From Eledone cirrhosa (Eukaryota): 64,000 nt of DNA. The stretch lies in the NCBI GenBank assembly GCA_964016885.1, contig OZ024750.1:25544001-25608000 (forward strand). The letters run 5' to 3'. Shown here piece by piece: positions 49,301 through 62,500 of this stretch. The translations under genes were made by a program, and so were the position numbers. The stretch's first letter is position 1, and each line of letters starts with the position of its first letter. The notes below the pieces were generated by a model, which was given only the letters and a program-made list of their open reading frames with translations, had not been told where the DNA came from and searched no databases.

Positions 49301-52300
49301 TTTAAGATATCAGTAACTTTGTTGATCACAGTGTAGAAGAAATATCATATATACTGTTATGAGAGGCATAACTAAGGTATGGCAAGTATGGCACATGCCA
49401 TGGGCACCACTTGGACTAGGGGCACATTCTATTAAAGTCAAATAAGCCTCATCGAAGAGTGAAAAAAAGCAACTCCTTCAGATGTATGATCTGTTTCTGA
49501 TTATCATGGGTGAGAACTCTATGGTGGCTGGATCATTAAACTATTTATATAAATTATTAATTCCATAGGTAAAAATAGTGCTGAGCACTGGCGTAATTTC
49601 ACTGCTTGCCATAGACGCTATTTTCTCTAGTTATGCCTCTGACTGTTATATAACTGAGATAACCCTAACCGTAATACCATATATACTGCTATACAGATCA
49701 AATTGGTAGCTAACTCTAACAATATATATATATTGCTATACAGATCAAAGTGCTAGCTAACTCTAACAGTATATATATATTGCTTTACAGCTCAATGTGA
49801 TAACTAACTCTAATACCAAATATATAACTATATAACTTTGTTGATCTCAGTGTAGAAGAAATATCATATATACTGCTATACAGCTTTAAGTGGTTGCTAA
49901 CTGTAACACTATATATATATTGCTATACAGCTCAAAGTGGTAGCTAACTTTAACATCATCATCATCATCAACACTATATATATATTGCTATACAGCTCAA
50001 AGTGGTAGCTAACTCTAAAACCATATTTATTGCTGTACAGCCCAAAGTAGTAGCTAACTGTAACACCATATATACTGCTATATAACGTTATTGATGACAG
50101 TGTAAGAAGAAATACCATATATACTGTTATATAACTCAAAGACAGATAACCTTAACTCTAACCTTAATACCATATATACAGGTATACAACTCGTAGATAA
50201 GCTTAACTCTAACCCTAATACCATATATACTAGTATACAACTCTTAGATAACCCTAATACCATATATACCGGTATACAACTCGTAGATAACCTTAACTCT
50301 AACCCTAATACCATACATACCGGTATACAACTCGTAGATAACCTTAACTCTAACCCTAATACCATATATACCGGTATACAACTCGTAGATAACCTTAACT
50401 CTAACCCTAATACCATATATACCAGTATACAACTCGTAGATAACCCTAACTCTAACCCTAATATCATATATACCAGTATACAACTCGTAGATAACCTTAA
50501 CTCTAACCCTAATATCATATATACAGGTATACAACTCTCAGATAACCCTAATACCATATATACTAGTATATAACTCTTAGATAACCTTAACTCTAACCCT
50601 AATATCATATATACAGGTATACAACTCACCTAACCCTAACCCTAATACCATATATACAGGTATACAACTCACCTAACTCTAACCCTAAGTCTTGTGTTTA
50701 TAATATTTTGGCTCAAGTCTTTCATCTGAACATAGATTGTATGTTACATTCCATAAATATTTTCTACATAATTTCGCTAACAGGTGAGTTTAAATTTATT
50801 TTTTAACCTTTAGCACACTAGTAATTTTAAGAGTTTTTTTCCTTGACACTGCATTATCTATTAATGGGAAATTACTCTAATGGCCCATAGCGCGTTGAAG
50901 GTTAATAATGAAATACCTGCAGTCATTGCTAATATAGTGAAGTTCTGGAACCACAGATATCATAGCAATGTCTTTCTATGATCTTTGCCCAGATATTATC
51001 TGGGGCTTTTAAATCACCATTCTTCTATGACCAACAATATATGTAACATTAGACATTAAATAATAATACATTTCCAGTTGATTGAGAACCGCACCAATGT
51101 TCTGCATGACTGCACAATATATATAAACATTGGGGTGTTAGTGTTACAGCTCCATAAAGAACTGCACCAATATGTTCTGCATGACTGCACATAATATAGC
51201 TTCAGTTGTTAGAGAATTGTACAGATATGTCTTACACAAGAAAAGACCTTCTATATATACATTCCAAACACTGAACATATTTGTTTACAAAGACAGTATT
51301 TATATAGATTCGGCAGTGACATGATTAGTTTGTCCTACATACTCACTGTGTGTCTCTGTCTGTCTGTGTACATGTATGTGTGTGTGTCTGTCTATGTTTC
51401 TGTGTGTATATATGTGTCTGTCTCTGTGAGTGTGTATGTGTGTGTCCATCTGTCTTTATATAAGTTTGTATGCATATGTCTGTCTGCCTGTGTATGTGTG
51501 AGTGTGTGTAAATATATATATACATGTCTGTAAATGTGTGTATGTGTATATATCTGTGAATGTCTGTCTGTGTGTGTGTGCTATGCAATGAAATCATATC
51601 CGCTCTCTTGCTCTGGAGCCCTGACTCCAGCCTGACTAGGAGTAGGAAGCTGTCATTCCCTGACGTTATCTCTAGGGATACGGGAATCAGCAGACAGGAC
51701 CTGGGGGAAGCGATGGGGGACAGGGGATTCTGGGGCATGAGAGTGAGATCCATCATCTCGACAGTAGTCGACGAGTGGTGGTGGTGGTGGTGGTGGTGTG
51801 TGCTATTAATAACTTGACACCCAAATTATCAAAGCTGCCATTCTAATCCATATTATGTCAGAGAAATGATAAAGAAATTGTCAATAAAAAGAATCCAACC
51901 TTTTGGAACAAGATTTAGAATATGAGCCACTGTTTCTGCAATTCCCATTTCTTCAATTCCAACATTCGATGGATGGAATAGTATTTCAGGGACAGAAAAC
52001 CGTTCGTTAGTTACTCGAATTAACTTAAATAAAAAAAATAAAAAAAATAGGAGGAAAAATGAAAGCAAAATAAAGTCAAATGTGAAATCTGATAAAAAAA
52101 AAAAAAAACGTTATTACAGAGGAATTCTGAGAACACAACAAATATTTCAAAACAATAATTTCATAAATAGTGCTTTTGTTGACTATATAACTAATCAGTT
52201 AATTATTGATACAGTAAATAATTAACTACATAGCCAGAAAAAAAAATATTTATGCAAATTGGATTAACCAATTTAGTGAAAAGAATATTTATATGTGATT

Positions 52301-55300
52301 GCTACATTTTTACTGAAATCTATTGGTTAGGTTATAGTACCTTATATACAAGTTTGAAGGTACATGGTCCTGTAGTTAGGTTGTGGTACCTTATATACAA
52401 CAGTGTGAAGGTACATGGTCCTATAGTTAGGTTGTGGTACCTTATATACACCAATGTGAAGGTACATGGTCCTGTAGTTAAGTTATAGTAGCTTATATAC
52501 ACCAATGTGAAGGTACATGGTCCTATAGTTAAGTTATAGTACCTTATATACAGTAATGTGAAGGTACATGGTCCTGTAGTTAAGTTATAGTACCTTATAT
52601 ACAGTAATGTGAAGGTACATGGTCCTATAGTTAAGTTATAGTACCTTATATACACCAATGTGAAGGTACATGGTCCTGTAGTTAAGTTATAGTAGCTTAT
52701 ATACACCAATGTGAAGGTACATGGTCCTATAGTTAAGTTATAGTACCTTATATACAGTAATGTGAAGGTACATGGTCCTGTAGTTAAGTTATAGTACCTT
52801 ATATACAGTAATGTGAAGGTACATGGTCCTATAGTTAAGTTATAGTACCTTATATACACCAATGTGAAGGTACATAGTCCTGTAGTTAAGTTACAGTACC
52901 TTATATACACCAATGTGAAGGTACATGGTCCTATAGTTAAGTTATAGTACCTTATATACAGTAATGTGAAGGTACATGGTCCTATAGTTAAGTTATAGTA
53001 CCTTATATACACCAATGTGAAGGTACATGGTCCTATAGTTAAGTTATAGTACCTTATATACACCAATGTGAAGGTACATGGTCCTGTAGTTAAGTTACAG
53101 TACCTTATATACACCAATGTGAAGGTACATGGTCCTATAGTTAAGTTACAGTACCTTATATACACCAATGTGAAGGTACATGGTCCTATAGTTAAGTTAT
53201 AGTACCTTATATACACCAATGTGAAGGTACATGGTCCTGTAGTTAAGTTACAGTACCTTATATACACCAATGTGAAGGTACATGGTCCTATAGTTAAGTT
53301 ATAGTACCTTATATACACCAATGTGAAGGTACATGGTCCTATAGTTAAGTTATAGTACCTTATATACACCAATGTGAAGGTACATGGTCCTATAGTTAAG
53401 TTATAGTACCTTATATACACCAATGTGAAGGTACATGGTCCTATAGTTAAGTTATAGTACCTTATATACACCAATGTGAAGGTACATGGTCCTGTAGTTA
53501 AGTTACAGTACCTTATATACACCAATGTGAAGGTACATGGTCCTATAGTTAAGTTACAGTACCTTATATACACCAATGTGAAGGTACATGGTCCTATAGT
53601 TAAGTTATAGTACCTTATATACACCAATGTGAAGGTACATGGTCCTGTAGTTAAGTTACAGTACCTTATATACACCAATGTGAAGGTACATGGTCCTATA
53701 GTTAAGTTATAGTACCTTATATACACCAATGTGAAGGTACATGGTCCTATAGTTAAGTTATAGTACCTTATATACACCAATGTGAAGGTACATGGTCCTA
53801 TAGTTAAGTTATAGTACCTTATATACACCAATGTGAAGGTACATGGTCCTGTAGTTAAGTTATAGTACCTTATATACACCAATGTGAAGGTACATGGTCC
53901 TATAGTTAAGTTATAGTACCTTATATACACCAATGTGAAGGTACATGACTTAGAAGTTAGGATCATCATTATCATCATTGTTTTAAGGCTGTTTTCCCAC
54001 ACTTGCTTGGACTGGATAGGTCCTTTTCAGCACAGCATCTTTCTACTCCTCGTGTTCCTTCGTCATCTCCTATGTGAGACCAGCTCTCACCACCACCTCT
54101 GCCCAGGTCTTCCTTGGTCTCCCTCTACTACAAGCTTCCTTCTAGTGGGATTTCCTGGCACTTCTTCACCCTTTCTAATAGAAAACAACGTGTCCAATAC
54201 TCACTTGTTCATTTTCTTTAGACTTCCCTGTGGACTCTTCAACTGAATTCATATAACCACGGTGGATATTTGTGTAATCAGGCAATACGTAATCTCGTCC
54301 AATCATATTATCATTCCGGCAAGACCTGTGTTTAAATGAAGTTACAGTTTAGTATGAATAGAAAGTTGAGCTTGTTTAAGTGGAGCAGGCTCAAATAGTA
54401 TGTGAATAGAAGAAAGGGGTAGAGATTCAATGAAGATTTGTAAAGCTGAGAGAGGAGTGAAAAATCTAAAATCTAGAATGATAACTTCAGAGATAGGAGA
54501 GTTGTTAGTATCAGCAATGGAGAGACAAATGGAAACATTGTTTCCTTGGATTGATTTGATGAGTTCTACCCCACCCAGTAAGTGAATGAGATCTGGGATT
54601 TTGTTAATCGATTCCTTATGGCTTTAAAACTAGGCAATAGTTAAATTGTTGAAGGAAATATTTTAATATTTACTTTGCTATTTCCATATCTTTGTTGAAG
54701 TCTTGAGATACAAAACAAACATCTTCTTTAAGCTGGTTGATAACATATGTCTCGTCCATTACCATTAGTTGCCTAGAAACAGAAATGTATACATTAATAA
54801 GTTGCCTAGAAACAGACAAATTTATTCACTAATTAGTTGCCTAGAAACACAAATTTATACACTAATTAGTTGGCTAGAAACAGACAAATTTATACACTAA
54901 TCAGAAACATTTTAAACATCATATAAAATCTTGCATTTTTTTAAATACAAAAAAATATCAGAAATTGCCATTTATTTATAAAGGAATAAAATAATAAGTT
55001 AAACTAAAAGAATTGGCAACACATTTAAGCATTCAATTTATGGAATGCCTAAAAACCTAAAAAATCATAAAAACAAAATCTGAAGAGATATATTCAGTAT
55101 GATGACTTACCGGTAAGATATTATTTCTTTTAAATGGTTTGTTAATATTTTCCCACCAACATTAATCCTAAAAATAAAAAACAAACAGAAAATGATGATA
55201 TAATGTAAACAGAGAGAAAGGAGTTAAAATCATCATCGTCATTTAATGTCTACTTTCCCTGCTAAGAAGGGTTGGACAGGACTTCACTGACCAAGTCAGT

Positions 55301-58300
55301 ACAGAAGTTGGTTTACTGATCTCCCAGACAGGCCAGGAATCCCCATCTCGCTTACGTACAGTCCCATATTCTACCAAATGTATTTTATCTTTGCACCAGC
55401 ACTAGGGAGGTTGACAAGATATTTAAGCTAGAGACCATATGATTGTGTTCATATATACAGCCCATGCTGATCTCAGATTTAAGCTTAATTCTATGGTATT
55501 TAAGTTTAATTATTTCCACGCAATCAGCTAAACAAAGACAGCACTTCCAGCCTCCACTTGTATATGGGGACACACAACTGCCTATGGATCATTTAGTTTT
55601 AAAATCTACATAGCTATCTTTGAGTTACTATATCACCTCTACTAAACTAATTTGTGATCTTTTTATTTTTATTTTTAAATGATTTAACGTGGTTATAATA
55701 TTTTGACTTAAATGTTGTGGTGGTGGCTTCAATAAAAGAGAAGACAACTTATTTAACCCTTTAATGTTCAAACCGCCACAATTCTCTACCTATTTCTGTT
55801 GAAACTGGTCACTCAAACTGATGTTAAGGTATTGTTCTCAAAATAAATACTTTCAAAATCTCATAGATTCGATATTATGAGGTAAAGCATTTACCGTAAA
55901 ATATATAATAGTATATATAGAGTAATGTGAATGCTAAAGGGTTAAGATATGTTAATGTCTTCATAACACACACAAATGATATACTGAGAACTGCAGCTGA
56001 TGGCAGTGGTGTGAGGTGAGGGACAGAAAGAAAAGATTGTAGTTTATTTTATTTTAACCCATGCTAGTGTGGAAGATAGACATTAAACGATGATGATGAT
56101 GATGATCACTGGATATTTTTAACATATTAGTGACTATTATTGATGGTCCAGTTGCTTCTTCCAGTCATCTCACTTCCATCACCACAGTTATCATCTCTCA
56201 CTTTCATCACCACAGTTATCATCTCTCACTTTCATTACCACAGATGTCATCTCTCACTTTCATCACCACAGATGTCATCTCTCACTTCCATCACCAGTCA
56301 TCATCTAACACTTTCATCACCAACCATCATCTCTCACTTTCATCACCAGTCATCATCTCTCACTTTTATCATCAGTCATCATCTAACACTTCTATGACCA
56401 CAGTCATCATCTCTCACTTTTATCACCACAATCATCATCTCTCACTTTCATCACCAGTCATCATCTCTCACTTTCATCACCAGTCATCATCTCTCACTTT
56501 CATCACCAGTCATCATCTAACACTTCCATCACCACAGTCATCAACTTCATTAGATTGTCTCTCTGTTGGATCTACTCGGAATAGTTTCTCTTCCTCCAAC
56601 ACATTCTCCTCATCCAGTAAATTCTTGTAGCAACATATCTAAGAATCTTTCTTCTCAGCACCAGTGAGGACAAATGTAACCCTGTCATTTCAGATACACT
56701 TTACCCCAGTAACACCTCGTTTCTCTCAGACACACTGCTTTATGTCATTTAAAAGATGGTAATGAAAATGAAAATAACTTTAACCTGTTGACTGCCGTGT
56801 ATATTTTACACAGCTACAGTTGCTGTGCTAGGTTTTTTTTCCAGTAAAATGACTAATTTTTTAAAACAAACATTTATTAACAACACATATCTGAATGATT
56901 GACAAACATCACATCAATAAACTAGTAACTTCATCTAGCTTTGAAGTTATGAACTGTTGGAAACGAGTTCATAACTTTGAAGTTATGAACTGTTGGAAAC
57001 GAGTTCATAACTTTGAAGTTATGAACTGTTGGAAACGAGTTCATAACTTTGAAGTTATGAACTGTTGGAAACGAGTTCATAACTTTGAAGTTATGAACTG
57101 TTGGAAATGAGTTCATAACTTTGAAGTTATGAGCTGTTGGAAATGATTTCATAACTTTGAAGTTATGAGCTGTTGGAAAAGAGTTCAAACATATTAGGAC
57201 GAATTATCTTGTCTGTGGCACTGGAATGCATACATGTTAGGACGAGTTATCTCGTCTACGGCACTGAAGAGATTAATGTGGTTTACCTTTTAACAGCACT
57301 TGTGATTTTTTTCCCCTTCATGTAGGGAGCAAGATGGCTGAAGGAATAACCAGAATCAATAACCAAACTACACAGATGCTTGCTGCTTTGTTCTCGCCTC
57401 AGTTTGTAATCACTTAAATGGCTGGCTGAAGAAATAAGGAAAAGAGACATGAGTTAGGACTGGAGTGAGGGGTGAGTACATGAGTTAGGCCTGGAGTGAG
57501 GGGTGAGTACATGAGTCAGGACTGGAGTGTGGGATGAGTGCATGAGTTAGAAGAGGAGTGAGGGGTGAATACATGAGTTAGGACTGGAGTGTGGGGTGAG
57601 TGCATGAGTTAAGACAGAGAGTGTTAGGATAAAACTGAGGAGTGAGTTAAAACAGGAATGAGTACTTGAGTACATGAGTTAGGACAAAGGTGAACACATG
57701 ACAGGGGTGACTGTTGAATATTGGGATGTGTACATAATCAGGAATTCTACAGTTAAATCAATATGATTCAGAAAACTGAAGTCTTTGCAGTGAATTGTTA
57801 AAACTATTAATTTTATAACACAACAGCTTCAGCAAAGATATGATACATATATTACAACACAACAGCTTCAACTAAGCTGTACAGGAGTGGTCAACTATAT
57901 TATAAGACAGTTTTATAGATGGTTTCTATGGCAACACTGAACCAGTTTAATACATAGTCCAAATGCTATCATATAAAAACAAGAAAATGTCTATTTTTCC
58001 CCCCTCAAAACACAAATATTTCTTCTTACCATTGGTTCTATAAATAGCTTGGAATTGGTAATCTTCAAAAAATATTTCATTCATTGCTTCTTGGATGGAT
58101 AAGAAGTTAAAGTGAGGTTCAGTGACAATAAGAGTCGTCTCACTAAAGTTTACCTGTAATTAATTAATAGCAAATCAATAAGTTAAAGTGAGGTTCAGTG
58201 ACAATAAGAGTTGTCTCACTAAAGTTTACCTGTAATTAATTGATAGCAAATCAATAAGTTAAAGTGAGGTTCAGTGACAATAAGAGTTGTCTCACTAAAG

Positions 58301-59514
58301 TTTACCTGTAATTAATTGATAGCAGATCAATAAAATAATGCCATATATTAACCCTTTAGCATCAAAACCAGCCAGAATTCTCTCACCTCTTTCTGTTCAA
58401 ACTGGCTGTATCGGCCACTCATACCAATGTTATGGTATTGTTCTCAAAATAAATAATATCAAAATCTCATAGATTCGATATTATGTGAGGCAAAGTGTTT
58501 ACCATGAAAATATAATAGTATACATTACTCTCATCATCATCGTTAATCGATGAATGATGATGATAGTAATGTAAATGCTAAAGGGTTAAATCTCCATGTT
58601 ACATGCCACAACTCACTCCTCATATCTTAAATATTACTACACATTGAACTGCACTATTATACACTACATCATATTACTACACAGTAAACACTACCTCTAC
58701 ACACATAGTAAACTACACTACACTGAACTTCACACTCTACCACATTAAATAGTATCACACTAAAAACAAAATGAAACTAAAATACAATATCTCAGAGTTT
58801 CCATGTCTCCACAATACACAGTACCAGTGTCATACTTGGGTCGATTCTATCTCACTCTCATAGGTTTAGACCTGGGGATGGTGAGGTCCACCAGGTTTAA
58901 GTGGTTGTGTTTAGACCTGAGGATGGTGAGGAGAGGTGGTGTTCCACCAGGCTTAAGTGGTTGTGTTCAGCCCTGGAAGGGAAGAGTAGAGCCCCACGAG
59001 GTTTAAATGCCCAATACACAGTGCTCCCATGACTCTATCAAGAGTTCAGTAACGAATGATCGATAGATAGATTTTTTTTATTGATCTCTAATCAACAAAA
59101 CAATTGACAACATTATCAGTCAAGACTTATATATCAATAAAACTCACCTTAAGGAGATCTTTACCAAACAGATAATCCCATAATTGCTTTTCAATCTCCC
59201 AATTTATCAGGTAACCCTGTTAAACAAATATTTCAAGATATTTAAATATTTTCAATTGAAAAAAACTCAAACATATGATTTTTAGTTACATAAAGTTGCA
59301 TGTTTATTATTAATAATTTAAAGTTAATATGTACTAATTAATAATTAACTGTAACAATATTATAGAGGAAAATCATTTTAGGTACTTATGAGCAAACAAA
59401 ATCTGTTATATTCACTTTTCATTAATTTTTTCGAAGTGTCAAAATGTCCATTGCTCTTGTGACTGAGATAATTCCATTACACCATATATATATATATATA
59501 TATAATATATATAT

Positions 59515-59586
<72 letters not shown>

Positions 59587-62500
59587 CATGCTCCGTCTAA
59601 CCCATGCTAGCGTGGAAAATGGACGTTAAACGAAGATGATGATGATGATATAATGTATATATATACATATATATATATGTATGTATGTGAAGGCACATGG
59701 CTTAGTGGTTAGAGCAGTAGGCTTGCAATCGAAAGGTTGTGAGTTCAATTCTCAGACCAGGTGATGCGTTGTTTCCTTGAGCAAGACACTTTATTTCACA
59801 TTGCTCCAGTTTACTCAGCTGAAAATGAATACCAGGAATAGCTGGAGGTTTAACCCTGCGATGGACTGGTGTCCTGTCCAGGGGGGAGTCTTGTACTCTC
59901 AGTCGGGGTAAGGACCGGCCAAATGAGCCTTCTGACTCAAGACAGACTTTTTATATATATGTATATATATATATATATATATAATGTGTGTATATATATA
60001 TATGTATATATATACATATACATCATCATTTAACGTCCATTTTCCACACTTGCATGGGTTAGACAGGTTGTCGCGTTAAGAGACATATCAAGTCAGGAGA
60101 CTATGTCCTGCTCATACAAATCTGAATTTTGGCTTCGTTTCTACGGCTTGATGCTCTTCCCAACACCACCCATACTAGTGTGGACTGGGTGCTTTTTATC
60201 ATGACACCAGCCCTACCACCTTACAGGGTAGAATGGGCTATCGTCATTGTGGTACCAACTGTATCACTTTACAGGATGGGCTTGGTGGTTCTTGTTGTAA
60301 CCCCAGCACGACCACCTTACAGGGTGGACTGGGTGCTTTCTGTTGTGGTACCACCACTACCACTTTACAGTGTCTCCTGTTGTGACCCTAACACTACCAC
60401 TTTACATGGTGGACTGGGTGCTTTCTGTTCTGGCACCAGCACTACCACTTTACATGGTGGACTGGGTGCTTACTGTTCTGGCACCAACACTACCACTTTA
60501 CAAGTGGACTGGGTGCTTTCTGTTCTGGCACCAGCACTACCACTTTACATGGTGGACTGGGTGCTTTCTGTTCTGGCACCAGCACTACCACTTTACATGG
60601 TGGACTGGGTGCTTTCTGTTCTGGCACCAGCACTACCACTTTACATGGTGGACTGGGTGCTTTCTGTTCTGGCACCAACACTACCACTTTACAGGTGGAC
60701 TGGGTGCTTTCTGTTCTGGCACCAGCACTACCACTTTACAGGTGGACTGGGTGCTTTCTGTTCTGGCACCAGCACTACCACTCTACAAGTGGACTGGGTG
60801 CTTTCTGTTCTGGCACCAGCACTACCACTTTACATGGTGGACTGGGTGCTTTCTGTTCTGGCACCAGCACTACCACTTTACATGGTGGACTGGGTGCTTT
60901 CTGTTCTGGCACCAACACTACCACTTTACAGGTGGACTGGGTGCTTTCTGTTCTGGCACCAGCACTACCACTTTACATGGTGGACTGGGTGCTTTCTGTT
61001 CTGGCACCAGCACTACCACTTTACAGAGTGGACTGGATGCTTTCTGTAATGACACCAGCACTACCACTTTACAGAGTGGACTGGGTGTTTTTTTTGTTGT
61101 GGTACCAGCACTACCACCTTACAGGGTGAACTGGGTGCACCAGCACCACTACTTTAAAGTGGCATCCTGATAATCTCCCAAAAAATAATTTAGAAAGCCC
61201 TAGAAAGTTTATCATTGTTAGACTAAAATTATGAATAAAAACAGAACCTTTTGAAATGGGAGAAGGTAATAGAGTCCAGAAAGATCCTTGCAGTCTTCAA
61301 TTTGGTCCCCAATAAATATTCTAGTTCGGACATTTTTGGCTTTGGAAACACAGTTTGGAACATTCCTGAAATGACAAATTAATTATTGTACAAACTAGAA
61401 TTTGTGTATGTACATGTATGTATGTGTATGTACATGTATGTATGTGTGCATGTATGTATATGTGTATGCTTGTGTATGTGTGTAAGTGTATGTTTGCGCA
61501 TGTATGCGTATATGTGTCAATGTATATGTGTATGTAGGTGTGTATGGATGTTTATGTATGTGTGTGTGTGTCTATGTATGTTTGGATGCATGTATGTATG
61601 CATATGTGGTATCTTTGTATGCACTCGTGTGTGTATGTTTGTCTGCATGTTTATGTATGTATATATGTCTGATTTTATGCATGTGTGTGTATGTGTACGT
61701 TTGTCTGCATTTTTGTGTATGCATGTATGTGTGTGTGTGTGTATGTTAGTATGCACATTTGTCTATGTATGTTTGTATGTGTATGTATGTGTATGTATAA
61801 GTGCTATATACACTTTCCACTGATGTTGTCTAACAGAAAACCATATTCTATGACCTCTATGAAGTATAACTACACACAATGGAATGGAAGACATTAAATA
61901 AGATATTTCAAGCTACCTTACATAAATATAAATAACCAATCTTTGGCAACACTCTTAATATTAATGTTTAGATGTAGAGCTAAAGTTTTAATATATCATT
62001 GAAATATATACTAAACTCTATCGCTGGATTGGCAGTATTCGGTAGAGCCTTCGGACATGCTTTAAGCATAGAGTAATCTCCCTTTAAACTCTGATTTCAA
62101 ATAACGTCGAGGTTAGCTTTACTTTTCATCATTACGGGGTCGATAAAATAAAGTACCAGTAATGCACTGGTGTCGACTTTCCCCAGCTCCCCCACCTTCA
62201 AATTGCTGACCTTGTGCCTAAATCAGAAACCATTATTATTATTAGTATATTGCCGAACAAAACAACAACCGCATGTCTTTCTTTTCCCTCTTTTTTATCA
62301 CTTTAAACCTATATATAACCGGTGTTTACATTTTGTCATCAAATGTATATATATATGTGTGTATAATATATATATACGTGTGTATACTATATATATATAT
62401 ATATATATTTGTTGAGTGAGATGGTAGCCAGTCAGAGTTTAGCTTAAAGCTATCTCTGTTATTATATTAAATATATATATATATTCGTGTGTATACTATA

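Noticed and set aside
50916-51030. Possible poison exon or snoRNA-like double hairpin in ACTR6 intron 9
   Set aside because: Only a donor-like CAG|gtattt and short stems; no box motifs I could verify.
11260-53947. Recurring 37-bp and 51-bp periods in unrelated arrays
   Set aside because: The unit sequences are unrelated, and with about 15 arrays of 26-57 bp such coincidences are expected.
52332-54002. 556-aa ORF on the minus strand
   Set aside because: It is the translation of a 51-bp (17-codon) intronic minisatellite, with no domain or exon signals.
60129-61170. 306-aa and 275-aa repetitive ORFs
   Set aside because: Products of the 46-48-bp VNTR in a LINE-UTR-type element, antisense within an ACTR6 intron.
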